A DNA stretch of 64,000 nt. It comes from an uncultured Pseudomonadota bacterium. GTDB taxonomy: Bacteria; Oederibacteriota; Muellerivitia; Muellerivitales; Muellerivitaceae. The stretch is taken from assembly GCA_963770835.1 (NCBI GenBank), contig CAVYRH010000007.1:96001-160000 (forward strand), read 5' to 3'. Position numbers and translations under genes: made by a program. The notes below the pieces were generated by a model, which saw nothing but the letters and a program-made list of their open reading frames with translations, was not told the DNA's origin and made no database searches. Positions 49,715-58,994 of this stretch are shown piece after piece. Numbering within the stretch: the stretch's first letter is position 1; the number at the start of each line of letters is the position of its first letter.

Positions 49715-50848
49715 ATGAACCCAACTGAAACGAATTTAGTCTCCTGGATGCGAGAGTCGGCCCTGCCTTTGTGGGCGGAAAGAGGCGTGGATCGGCAAAA
49801 CGGCGGTTTTATCGAGGAACTGGCATCGGATGGAAGCCCTTCCGACCCCGGCTTCAAGCGCGTCCGCGTGCAGGGCCGGCAGCTCTTTTGCTTCACCACC
49901 GCAGCGATTTTGGGGTGGCACAAAGACGCCACCGGGATCGCCGACCACGGATTCGATTTCATCAAACGCCATTGCCGGGCCGTCGACGGCTTTTGGGCAC
50001 GGCGTCTTAAGACCGACGGGTCCATGCTGGATCCCCAGATGGATCTTTACGACACAGCTTTCATCATGCTGGGCCTTTCCACCTATTACCGGTTGACCCG
50101 TAGTGCCGAAGCCCTATCCCTCATCCTGGCCACCCTGGATCAGGTGAAGGCCCGGCTTTCTACACCAGGGGGGAAGGGTTACTGGCAATTGACGGCCGAA
50201 AAGGGAACCTTGCGCCAGAATCCCCACATGCACTGGTTCGAGTCCATGCTTGCCTGTTTTGACGCTACGGGGGACCAGCGTTTTCTGGAAGAAGCGCAAA
50301 AGATTTACCGGTTGGCCGAGGAATTCATCATCGACCCAAAAACCGGCGCCTTATGGGAAATCTTCGACGGGGAATGGAAGCCGGTCGCGGAGGAAGGGAA
50401 GATCAGGGTGGAACCAGGGCACCATTGTGAATGGGCCTGGCTTCTTTGGAAGGCCGGAAAAGTGATGGAGATCAACCCGGCCTTGAGCCGGGGTATTCTT
50501 GCATTCGCGGACAAATACGGTTTCAACCCCGCCACCGGGCTTTACTGGGACCAAGTGAGCGATCAGGGGGAAGTCACCGAGCGAACCCACCGGCTTTGGG
50601 TGGCGACCGAGGCCATCAAGGCTTGGCTTGTCCGTCCCGGAGTGGAAGAGAAGGAGAGGGAAACCCGGGTGAAAGGAATCGAATCCAGCCTTCTTCGGTA
50701 TTACTTATTGCGCGAACCCATGGGCTCCTGGGGTGACCGCCTGGAGGCCGACGGGACCTGCCGGAAAGGCCCCGTGCCGGCTAGCTCGATGTACCACCTC
50801 ATGATGTGCGTGACGGAATTGGCCGCCTGGCGTTCCGGACGCAATTAG
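49715..50848 (+). CDS. AGE-family epimerase/isomerase (mannose isomerase/cellobiose 2-epimerase-like)
   Basis: RVQGRQ, DLYDTAF, QNPHMH, EPGHHCEW, RLW, YH. Confidence 0.88.
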   Translation: MNPTETNLVSWMRESALPLWAERGVDRQNGGFIEELASDGSPSDPGFKRVRVQGRQLFCFTTAAILGWHKDATGIADHGFDFIKRHCRAVDGFWARRLKTDGSMLDPQMDLYDTAFIMLGLSTYYRLTRSAEALSLILATLDQVKARLSTPGGKGYWQLTAEKGTLRQNPHMHWFESMLACFDATGDQRFLEEAQKIYRLAEEFIIDPKTGALWEIFDGEWKPVAEEGKIRVEPGHHCEWAWLLWKAGKVMEINPALSRGILAFADKYGFNPATGLYWDQVSDQGEVTERTHRLWVATEAIKAWLVRPGVEEKERETRVKGIESSLLRYYLLREPMGSWGDRLEADGTCRKGPVPASSMYHLMMCVTELAAWRSGRN

Positions 50849-51009
50849 AAGTTTTTCAGCCAGCGCAGGAAGTCTTTCGCCGTATCAAACTGCAGGTCGT
50901 ATTGGTCTTTCGGAATCCGGTAGCCCACTGCCACCTTGAGGCTCTTCTTTCCCAGGATTTTAAAAACAGCAAAATCCATCAAATCGTCATCCGCATAGAC
51001 CAGGAGGGC
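50845..51009 (-). pseudogene. Orphan diverged copy of the otsB 3' end (54 codons)
   Basis: ALLVYADDDLMDFAVFKILGKKSLKVAVGYRIPKDQYDLQFDTAKDFLRWLKNF* matches OtsB C-terminus at 35/54 aa by hand alignment. Confidence 0.85.
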
Positions 51010-51064
51010 TTCGGTTGGGATAATCGTGATTCGTTTTAGCAAAAAAATATTTTGGGAGGGGGAA

Positions 51065-51619
51065 ATGAAACGATTTTTAATAGTGTGTATTTGCGTGTTG
51101 TGTTTTATTTGTTCAAACCCGGCAATAGCAAAATATGATGAAATAGTCCACGCGTATTTTGATGATATTGTCCCCGTATATTTAACTGAATATATTGATG
51201 GAAAGCCAACTGGGAATGTAATGCAGTTTGAATTACATGTGATGGGAACAGAAAAGAAACCGCGTTGGGTTTTGACAACCATAATTATAAGTACGGATGA
51301 TTATGATGAAACTGAAACACTCCAAACACTTCAAGTGAGTTCCGACGAGGTAACGGATTTGCCCTGGGTACAAAAGTTGAAATGGATACCTGGAAAAAAC
51401 ATTGATTGCGTTTTGTTGCCTGAAGGAGATGAAAGCGTAGTATTTACTGCCACTAAAATTAAAGGCACGACGTACGATTGGAATTTAAGTTGCGTCGGTG
51501 TAATAAAAGGAGCGGTAACTAACGGAGAAACTAAAAAATGGGAATGGAAAGCCTCTAAAGATACTGTTCTTAAATATAAGAAATTAAGATTTGTTAGTCT
51601 TTATTCATCCAAGAATTGA
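51065..51619 (+). CDS. AT-rich hypothetical exported protein
   Basis: GGAGGGG RBS, signal peptide ending AIA; much lower GC than flanks. Confidence 0.7.
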   Translation: MKRFLIVCICVLCFICSNPAIAKYDEIVHAYFDDIVPVYLTEYIDGKPTGNVMQFELHVMGTEKKPRWVLTTIIISTDDYDETETLQTLQVSSDEVTDLPWVQKLKWIPGKNIDCVLLPEGDESVVFTATKIKGTTYDWNLSCVGVIKGAVTNGETKKWEWKASKDTVLKYKKLRFVSLYSSKN

Positions 51620-51634
51620 AGAGCCTGACAAAGT

Positions 51635-52375
51635 CTAGAAATTCTTGAGCCAGCTTAGGAATTCCTTCGGAGAATCGAAACGCAGGTCGCTCAGATGCTT
51701 TGGAATCCGATGGCCCACCGCGATTTTCAGGCCCCTCTTTCCTAAAACCTTAAAAACCGTGATATCCGTCAGGTCGTCCCCAGCGTAGATAGGCAAGGCC
51801 CCTGGGTACCGCTCCAGTATTTTTCGGACGGTTTTTCCCTTGGAAAAACCCTTCGGGAGCGCCTCAATCATCTTCTTCCCACCCATCAAATGCCAAAGGC
51901 TTCGGGTGACAGTTTGCCCGAATATCTCATTGAACCGGTGGTGCAATTTCTTCGCTTTGGACGGGGCCATCCGCACCCCGCGGTAATGGAGGGTGGAGGA
52001 AAAAGGCTTCTTCTCGATATATATCCCTGGGAATTCGGAACGAAGGATTTGCAGGTGTTTCCATAGGCTGGCGGCTTCCTTCTTGAAATAGCCTTCTTGG
52101 GCGGATGTGGCGGGCCTAAATCCGCTTGGAAAATTTCTGGCCTCGAAACCGTGGGTGCCGACCATCGGGAAATTTCTCAGGCCGGAGACCCTTTCGAGGC
52201 TGTCCAGGTAGCGGCCGGTGATGAAGATCACTGGGTATTTCCGGCTCAAGCGTCTTAAGACCTTTTTGACCGGCGCAGGAAGCTTGGAATGTTCGGGGTT
52301 CCGTTTGAAATCGGTCAGGGTTCCGTCGTAATCGAGTAGGAAAAGAAGTTTCGGAGAGGCGGTTGGGAGTTTCAT
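51635..52375 (-). CDS. otsB: Trehalose-6-phosphate phosphatase (HAD)
   Basis: LDYDGTL, ITGR, GTHG.E, E.K, LHYR, SKG, GDDLTD. Confidence 0.85.
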   Translation of the reverse strand: MKLPTASPKLLFLLDYDGTLTDFKRNPEHSKLPAPVKKVLRRLSRKYPVIFITGRYLDSLERVSGLRNFPMVGTHGFEARNFPSGFRPATSAQEGYFKKEAASLWKHLQILRSEFPGIYIEKKPFSSTLHYRGVRMAPSKAKKLHHRFNEIFGQTVTRSLWHLMGGKKMIEALPKGFSKGKTVRKILERYPGALPIYAGDDLTDITVFKVLGKRGLKIAVGHRIPKHLSDLRFDSPKEFLSWLKNF

Positions 52376-52545
52376 GGTTTAATTTTATAACTGAAATTCT
52401 CCCGAAACCCCCAAATAAAATCGGTGTCCTTGGTTTCATCTGGTTGAAATTTTAGACCAAAGGGAAAAACCCATAGCCGCGTGAAGTTATTGCGTTATAC
52501 TTTTCCCGGCTTCAAATCGCGCCGAGAGCCGAAAGGAACCGACCC

Positions 52546-53592
52546 GTGACCTCCACCAACACCTTCATGGAAAAAGAGATCCTGGAAAGCCCCCGCGTCC
52601 TTCGCAAGTTCCTTTCCAGCCAATGGGCGGCCCTGGTGAGGGTCGCCGAAGCCATTCATAACTACAAGCCCCGTTTCGTCGTCCTGGCCGCCCGCGGCAC
52701 TTCCGACAATGCCGGCACCTACGTCCGTTACCTGATCGAGAAGGAATGGGGCATCCCCGTGTCCATGGCCGCGCCGTCGCTGACGACCCTTTATGGCGCC
52801 AAGGTGGATTACCGCCAGTGCCTCGTCATCGGCGTTTCCCAGTCGGGCGAGGGGCCCGACGTCTGCCGGATTATCCAGGACGCCTGCAAGCAGGGTGCGC
52901 TGACCCTCGGTGTCACCAACAACGCCAAGTCGCGCCTGGCCAAGGAAGCCCGGTTCACCCTGGACCTCATGGCGGGCCCCGAAAAAAGCATTGCCGCCAC
53001 CAAGACCTATACTTCTGAATTACTGGCCCTTTACGCCCTGGTGGAATGCGTGGCGAGGGGCCGCAAGGTGCGTCCAAAACTTTCAGCCCTTCCCAGCCTG
53101 GTGGAGGAGGGGTGCCGTCTTTCGCGCACCGTGTGGGATTGCTCCTACCATTTCCTGGACTTGTCCGCTTGCGTGGTGGTTGGCCGGGTTTTCCATTTCG
53201 GCCTGGCGCAGGAAACGGCCCTTAAACTCAAGGAGTGCGCCCAGGTGATGGCCCATGCCTATTCCACCGCCGACTTCCACCACGGCCCCAAGAGCCTGGC
53301 GGGGAAGGACTTTCCCGTGATCCTGCTGGCGCCCCCGGGCCCGACATTAAAAGGAACGTTGGAACTCATGGATGAGCTCTTGGAACGGCAGGCCCAGGTG
53401 ATGGCTTTCAGCCCCGTCCCCCAGGTTTTGAAAAAGGCCACTATTCCGATGAAAACGCCGGGAGGGGCTGAAATGGTAAACCCCATGGGCATGGCGCCTA
53501 TGCTGCAGACCCTGGCCCTGGCTGTGTCGATGGCCAAGGGATTAAACCCGGATAAGCCGCAATTTTTGAAAAAGGTGACGCAGACCCATTGA
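52546..53592 (+). CDS. Double-SIS sugar-phosphate isomerase/deaminase (GlmS C-terminal-like, NagB-II type)
   Basis: ARGTSDNA, SQSGE, TNN..S.LA, AGPEKSIAATKTY, LKLKE, HGP, NPDKP..LKKVT; no glutaminase domain. Confidence 0.85.
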   Translation: MTSTNTFMEKEILESPRVLRKFLSSQWAALVRVAEAIHNYKPRFVVLAARGTSDNAGTYVRYLIEKEWGIPVSMAAPSLTTLYGAKVDYRQCLVIGVSQSGEGPDVCRIIQDACKQGALTLGVTNNAKSRLAKEARFTLDLMAGPEKSIAATKTYTSELLALYALVECVARGRKVRPKLSALPSLVEEGCRLSRTVWDCSYHFLDLSACVVVGRVFHFGLAQETALKLKECAQVMAHAYSTADFHHGPKSLAGKDFPVILLAPPGPTLKGTLELMDELLERQAQVMAFSPVPQVLKKATIPMKTPGGAEMVNPMGMAPMLQTLALAVSMAKGLNPDKPQFLKKVTQTH

Positions 53593-53602
53593 AGGAGCGG
53601 AA

Positions 53603-55306
53603 ATGAAGGGGAAAGTTTTGTTGCTGGGAATCCTGGCCGGGTCTTTTTTTCTGCCCACTTGTCTTCACGCTCAAACAACACCGCATAAGAAAAAGGGGCT
53701 GGTGGGGGTTTCGGGCTGGGTCACTTTTTGGGATGAGGGCCACAAATCCATCGCCAGCTTCGAGAAGCACGCGGACCAGATCGACCGGGCTTATTTCGAA
53801 TGGTACAAATGCGGGGCTGACGGCCTGCCCATGCCAGTGACCGAAGCCACCGAGGAGCTGAAAGCGGAAGTCCTGGCGGTGGCATCCAAAAACAATGTGG
53901 AACCTTGGTACATGACGGGCAATTACGACGTTTCCATCGGCAGTCACAACGGGGCCTGGATTGAGAAGTTCCTTCACGACGCCCCTTTGCGGGCTAAGCA
54001 CATCCGGATGCTGGTGGATATCGCCAAGAAATACGGGGTCAAGGGCATCCAGATCGACTATGAGAACATCAAGGCCGCCGACAAGGACGCCTTTTCCGCC
54101 TTTATGGCCGAGCTTAACCAAGCGGCCAAAGCCGGGGGCTTTGAGACCGGCATTGCCCTGCCCGCCAAGGTGGACGCCAATGGCACCTGGGATGATCCCC
54201 GATCCCGCGATTACCCGGCCATTGGGCAGACTGTCGACGAGTTGGTGCCAATGACCTACGACTACCACTGGTCGACCAGCGCGGCGGGCAACATCACCTC
54301 GCCCGAATGGTCCGAGATGTGCGCGAAATATGCCGCCTCCGTCATGCCGCCGGAAAAAGTCGAGGTGGGCTATCCGGTTTACGGCTATGACTGGGTGGGG
54401 ACCAAGGGTGACACCCTAGTCTGGCAACAATTCCTGGACCTCCTAAATAAATACAAGGTGAAACCGGTCCGTGACAGCGATTACAGCCAGGAATTAAAGA
54501 TCGACTACACTGACGAAAAGGGGAATAGGCACGAGGCCTGGATGACCGATCCCTACTGCCTGGAAGCCCAGTGTAACATCGTCAAGCGCGACAACTTGTG
54601 CGGCTTGGGGGTGTGGTATTTCGGGGCGGAGGATGAGAGCTTTTGGACCACGATGAAACAGGTGAACGCCACTCCGGCGGAGACGCACTTGGTTTCGGCC
54701 TCTTTGGGGGAGGCGGCCGGGTCCAATCCCTCCGGCGCCCTCGACACCAAAGACCTGGTGACCGATACCACGGCCCCCGATTACACTTACGTTTATCCGG
54801 ATGCCGGGTCCAAAATTTCGGTGGGTGAGAAAGACGGTAAAAGGTGGATCGACGTGGCCCTAAAAGGTGACGACTGGTCGGGTTTCGGCGTCGGCTTATC
54901 CCGGAAAAATCTTTCCGCCTACCTGAAAACGGGAGCCCTGCAGTTTTACGTGCGGGGGGCCAAGGGCGGGGAAAATACCACGGTGGGGTTCATCATGGAA
55001 AAGGGGTCGGCCTCCGACGAGAAGTACAGCCTGGTGGATGAGGTTCCCCTGGACCATTACGTCAAGGTCACCAACCAGTGGCAGTGGGTCACCATCCCCC
55101 TTTCGGATTTTCCTGTGGAGGGGTACCACCACGACAGCGTGACAAATTCGAGGATCACCGGTTCCTTCAAGTGGGAAAGGGTGCTGGAGCTCGCTGGGAA
55201 CCATACCCCGACCGCCGACCCCAATTGTGAAATTTTCTTTTCCTCGATACGGATCATTCCGACTTACGACCCCGGCTCTGTGAAAAGAATCGATTCCAAA
55301 CCCTAA
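53603..55306 (+). CDS. Exported GH18-family glycoside hydrolase with C-terminal CBM-like domain
   Basis: Signal peptide; GIQIDYE, MTYDYH, YGYDW, G.GVW..GAED; C-terminal L.F.VRG..GGE...WQ.V.IPLSDF. Confidence 0.85.
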   Translation: MKGKVLLLGILAGSFFLPTCLHAQTTPHKKKGLVGVSGWVTFWDEGHKSIASFEKHADQIDRAYFEWYKCGADGLPMPVTEATEELKAEVLAVASKNNVEPWYMTGNYDVSIGSHNGAWIEKFLHDAPLRAKHIRMLVDIAKKYGVKGIQIDYENIKAADKDAFSAFMAELNQAAKAGGFETGIALPAKVDANGTWDDPRSRDYPAIGQTVDELVPMTYDYHWSTSAAGNITSPEWSEMCAKYAASVMPPEKVEVGYPVYGYDWVGTKGDTLVWQQFLDLLNKYKVKPVRDSDYSQELKIDYTDEKGNRHEAWMTDPYCLEAQCNIVKRDNLCGLGVWYFGAEDESFWTTMKQVNATPAETHLVSASLGEAAGSNPSGALDTKDLVTDTTAPDYTYVYPDAGSKISVGEKDGKRWIDVALKGDDWSGFGVGLSRKNLSAYLKTGALQFYVRGAKGGENTTVGFIMEKGSASDEKYSLVDEVPLDHYVKVTNQWQWVTIPLSDFPVEGYHHDSVTNSRITGSFKWERVLELAGNHTPTADPNCEIFFSSIRIIPTYDPGSVKRIDSKP

Positions 55307-55315
55307 GTGGAGATG

Positions 55316-56719
55316 ATGATGGAAGACCTGCTTAAAGTGAAACCGGCCGTTTCTCCGCCCCTGGACTCTTCCTTCAGGCCGGCTTTTCTCGGCAATCGGC
55401 GCTTCGCCGAGGCGGTTAAGGCAAGCCGCGAGGGAGTCCCCCTGAAGTTGGCCCTGGAGCGCTCGGGCGGCCAGGTCGCGGTTTATTCCACACTGACATT
55501 TCCAGAGGGACACCCCCAGTCGGAAGCTGCCACCCGGCACGCCGAGCGTATCCTTAAGTTTCTCCTCTGGCAAAAAGGAGGTGCCAAAGCCTACGTCCTG
55601 GGGCCCGCCTCCATCGCCGTCCGCCTGAAAAAAGCCTACGGCCCTGGCGGTGAGAGGGTCTTCGACGCGGACTTCATGGCCGAGGTTTACGAAAAGCCTT
55701 ATTTTGAGGTGGTGACCGTGGGGGAAAGGGACTTTCCTAGGGAATATGAAGCCTCGGCGTCCGTGGGAAGACACCTGGGAGGCTGCCGGATCGGTTTTGA
55801 CGCAGGGGGCAGTGACCGCAAGGTGGCGGCGGTCATCGATGGCAAGGAAGTTTTCTCCTGTGAAGTGGTGTGGGAACCCAAGGTCAACAGCGACCCCGAA
55901 TACCACTTCGACGGGATTGATGATTCCATCCGCCGGGCCGCGGAGCACTTGCCCCGAGTTGACGCCATCGGCGTTTCTTCCGCCGGCATTTTCATCGACA
56001 ACAAAACGCGGGTGGCTTCCTTATTCCGCAAGGTTCCAGCGGACCTCTTTAAAAAGCGCATCAAGAACATCTATCTCGATATCGCCAAGAAGTGGGGCGA
56101 TGTGCCGATTGAAGTGGCCAACGATGGGGATGTGACGGCTCTGGCGGGGGCCATGAGCTTGAACGATCAGCCGGTTTTAGGAATCGCCATGGGCACCAGC
56201 CAGGCGGTTGGCTATGTGGACGAAAAAGGATGTATTACCGGCTGGTTGAACGAGCTGGCTTTCGCGCCGGTCGATTACGCCGACGATGCGCCGGTGGACG
56301 TGGAATGGTCGGGGGACAAGGGTACGGGGGTGCAGTATTTCTCCCAGGATGCGGTCATCCGCCTGGCGCCCAAGGCGGGAATCGAGCTGGACCCCAAGCT
56401 TTCCCCCGGCGACAAGCTCAAGAAGGTGCAAAAACTCTTCAAGTCCGGGGATGCCCGGCCCCGCGCCATTTTTGAGTCCATCGGTGTCTATTTGGGATAC
56501 GCCCTGGCCCAATACGCGGAGTTTTACCCTCTCAAACAGGTTTTGATCCTGGGGAGGGTGACATCGGGCGAGGGCGGGAATATCATCCTTCAAAAAGCCG
56601 GGGAAGTTCTGAAGTTGGAAGCACCGGAACTGGCCAAGAAAGTTAAAATCCATCTGCCCGATGAGGCCAATCGAAGAGTGGGCCAGGCCATTGCAGCGGC
56701 AAGCCTACCGAAAATATGA
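55316..56719 (+). CDS. ROK-family protein (long N-terminal extension), putative sugar kinase
   Basis: IGFDAGGSDRK, IGVSSAG, NDGDVTALAG, MGTS, NEL; exact start among 55307-55319 uncertain. Confidence 0.8.
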   Translation: MMEDLLKVKPAVSPPLDSSFRPAFLGNRRFAEAVKASREGVPLKLALERSGGQVAVYSTLTFPEGHPQSEAATRHAERILKFLLWQKGGAKAYVLGPASIAVRLKKAYGPGGERVFDADFMAEVYEKPYFEVVTVGERDFPREYEASASVGRHLGGCRIGFDAGGSDRKVAAVIDGKEVFSCEVVWEPKVNSDPEYHFDGIDDSIRRAAEHLPRVDAIGVSSAGIFIDNKTRVASLFRKVPADLFKKRIKNIYLDIAKKWGDVPIEVANDGDVTALAGAMSLNDQPVLGIAMGTSQAVGYVDEKGCITGWLNELAFAPVDYADDAPVDVEWSGDKGTGVQYFSQDAVIRLAPKAGIELDPKLSPGDKLKKVQKLFKSGDARPRAIFESIGVYLGYALAQYAEFYPLKQVLILGRVTSGEGGNIILQKAGEVLKLEAPELAKKVKIHLPDEANRRVGQAIAAASLPKI

Positions 56720-56746
56720 GATCGCTGTCATTGCGAGGAGCGGTTT

Positions 56747-57025
56747 ATGTTTGAAGACGTAGGGAAAAAAAGATTAAAGGTTTTTCTCTATCTTCTTGTT
56801 TGTTTTTTAGGGTTACTTTCTAGTTTTGGAATCTATTGGATTGGAATTTCAATTCAAGTTAAATTTTTACAATTCTTAGGGTATTTTCTTGGCTTTCTGT
56901 TTTTTGTCGTTTGTATCGCTCTATATTTTGGGTTTTCTTTTTTAACAGTAGTTAGAATTTTTCAAACTTTGAAATCATGGTTTTTAGAAACAATTGATTT
57001 TTTTAAATCGGCCGCTAAAAAATAG
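56747..57025 (+). CDS. Very AT-rich small two-TM membrane protein
   Basis: 92 aa, two hydrophobic segments, GAGGAG RBS. Confidence 0.5.
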   Translation: MFEDVGKKRLKVFLYLLVCFLGLLSSFGIYWIGISIQVKFLQFLGYFLGFLFFVVCIALYFGFSFLTVVRIFQTLKSWFLETIDFFKSAAKK

Positions 57026-57222
57026 TAATAAATTTTGGAAAAAATTTGATGCCTTATGGTGAAAATATTGCGTTGCAGTTAGGTCTCCCTTTTTTAGTTG
57101 GGCTTCGCTGGGATAATTCGGGGGCCTGTAAAAGTTAAGTTTTAACAATGAATGAAAGCCATATCGACTAACTGAGCTAAAAATCAGGTTCTCTTTTAAA
57201 ATTAGTGGTTTAAGGAGCCGTT

Positions 57223-58095
57223 GTGAATTTGCCTTTTCAACTAAAAACCCCAGGAGCTGAAATCTATGTCCCGGACGGGAAGCCCGTTCTGGAGGCGCTG
57301 AAGCGCACCACCCACCTGGGCGTCTGCGCGCACCAGGACGACCTGGAGTTCATGGCTTACCACGGCATCCTGGAATGCTTCGGCCACCCGAATGATCAAT
57401 GGTTTACGGGTGTCACCGTCACTAATGGAAGCGGAAGCGCCCGGGAAGCCCATTACAAAGACTACACCGATGAGCAGATGATGGAAGTCCGCAAGGTGGA
57501 GCAGAAGAAGGCGGCGTCGATCGGCGAATATGCGGCCCAATTTCTCCTCAACCATCCCAGCAAGGCGGTCAAGAACCCTGCGAATGCAGCTGTAGCCGCC
57601 GACCTCGACGCGGTCTTGGCCCACTGTCGTCCCCAGGTGGTTTACACCCATAATTTCCAGGATAAGCACGATACCCACGTGGCGGTGGCCTTGCGGGTGA
57701 TCGCGGCCTTAAGGCGTCTGACAAAGGACCAAAGGCCGAAAAAGGTGATCGGGTGCGAGGTCTGGCGCAGCTTGGACTGGCTTTGCGACGAGGACAAAGT
57801 GGTCATGCCGGTAGACGGCCACGAAAATCTGGCGGATGCCTTGATGGGGGTGTTCGATTCCCAAATCTGCGGAGGCAAGCGTTACGACTTGGCGACCCGT
57901 GGCCGCAGGCTGGCCAACGCCACCTATTTCGAGAGCCACGAAGTGGACAGGAACAAGGCCCTTTCCTGGGGAATGGACATGACGCCGCTTATCCAAAACG
58001 ACTCGCTGGACCCCTTTGATTACACCAAGGCTTATATCGACCGTTTTAGCGACGAAGTGAAGGACCGTATCCAGCGCCTAAACCGGCCTTCTTAA
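57223..58095 (+). CDS. PIG-L/LmbE-family deacetylase
   Basis: AHQDD, TNG, R..EQ, YTH...DKHDTH, SQ; AAGGAG RBS with GTG start. Confidence 0.88.
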   Translation: MNLPFQLKTPGAEIYVPDGKPVLEALKRTTHLGVCAHQDDLEFMAYHGILECFGHPNDQWFTGVTVTNGSGSAREAHYKDYTDEQMMEVRKVEQKKAASIGEYAAQFLLNHPSKAVKNPANAAVAADLDAVLAHCRPQVVYTHNFQDKHDTHVAVALRVIAALRRLTKDQRPKKVIGCEVWRSLDWLCDEDKVVMPVDGHENLADALMGVFDSQICGGKRYDLATRGRRLANATYFESHEVDRNKALSWGMDMTPLIQNDSLDPFDYTKAYIDRFSDEVKDRIQRLNRPS

Positions 58096-58280
58096 ACCCC
58101 TCCAATTCAACTTACCCTCATTTCTGAATTTAAATCGGGCTTCGCCCAATGTGGCAATGAGGGACACACAGTTTCCGATACCGGGACAGAAGGCCCCGGT
58201 CCCAATGGAAAAACTGTGTAACTGTAACTTTAAAAGGCAATCGATCCTTATATAATGTGGCAACCATCCTGCCTCAAGGA

Positions 58281-58994
58281 ATGAACTTGAAACGCCATAT
58301 AAAAGGTCTTGCGGTTGGAATTGCTTTCATAAGCGTCCTTGTCTTAGCCAGGACATCCCGGGCTGCCACTTCCAAGGGGGGCACTCTCACGGGTAAGTTG
58401 ACCGTTACTGCTCCTCCCCGGAAAGCGCCCCCGGTCAATAATTCCTCGGTGGATGAGTACGGCAACCCCCAAACGTCCCAAGCCGCCGCCCCTCCTAGTC
58501 TCCCGGAAGAAGTCGTCATTTACTTAGAGAAAGTCCCTGGGAAATACACGGCTCCCAAAAAACATGTTCAGCTGGATCAGAAATTCCTGCAATTCACCAC
58601 CCGCGTTTTGCCCGTCCTGAAAGGGACCACGGTTGATTTCACCAACAACGATCCGGTCTACCACAACGTGTTCACCAATTCACAGCTTAACAAGTTCGAC
58701 CTGGGCCGCAAGAAAAAGGGGGAAACCGTCTCCGTGAAGATGGACCATTCAGAAATCCCGGTGAAGGTTTATTGCGAAGTGCATGCCGCCATGAAGGCCT
58801 ATATCCTGGTCCTGGACAATCCTTTTTTCACCAAGGTGGGACCGGGTCAAACCTTCCAGATCAAGGGAATCCCACCGGGAACCTACACCATGGTGGCCTG
58901 GCACGATTACTGGGAGCCGGTGGAGCAAAAAGTCACGATTAAAAAAGGGAAGACCACAAAGGCCGACGTCACCCTGGATAAGGTGAACCAGTGA
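58281..58994 (+). CDS. Exported cupredoxin-like protein with carboxypeptidase-regulatory-like domain
   Basis: Signal peptide; DPVYHNVF...YCEVH..M (His/Cys/His/Met), PPGTY...AWH. Confidence 0.75.
   Translation: MNLKRHIKGLAVGIAFISVLVLARTSRAATSKGGTLTGKLTVTAPPRKAPPVNNSSVDEYGNPQTSQAAAPPSLPEEVVIYLEKVPGKYTAPKKHVQLDQKFLQFTTRVLPVLKGTTVDFTNNDPVYHNVFTNSQLNKFDLGRKKKGETVSVKMDHSEIPVKVYCEVHAAMKAYILVLDNPFFTKVGPGQTFQIKGIPPGTYTMVAWHDYWEPVEQKVTIKKGKTTKADVTLDKVNQ

Noticed and set aside
50845..51282. 145-aa minus-strand ORF as a real gene
   Set aside because: Its N-terminal part is antisense to the AT-rich gene; only the last 54 codons are the otsB remnant
54896..55948. 350-aa antisense ORF over GH18/ROK
   Set aside because: Antisense shadow spanning two in-phase sense genes
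57026..57222. Possible integron attC site after the AT-rich ORF
   Set aside because: A GTTAGGT is present but no matching RYYYAAC or paired structure, and no integrase
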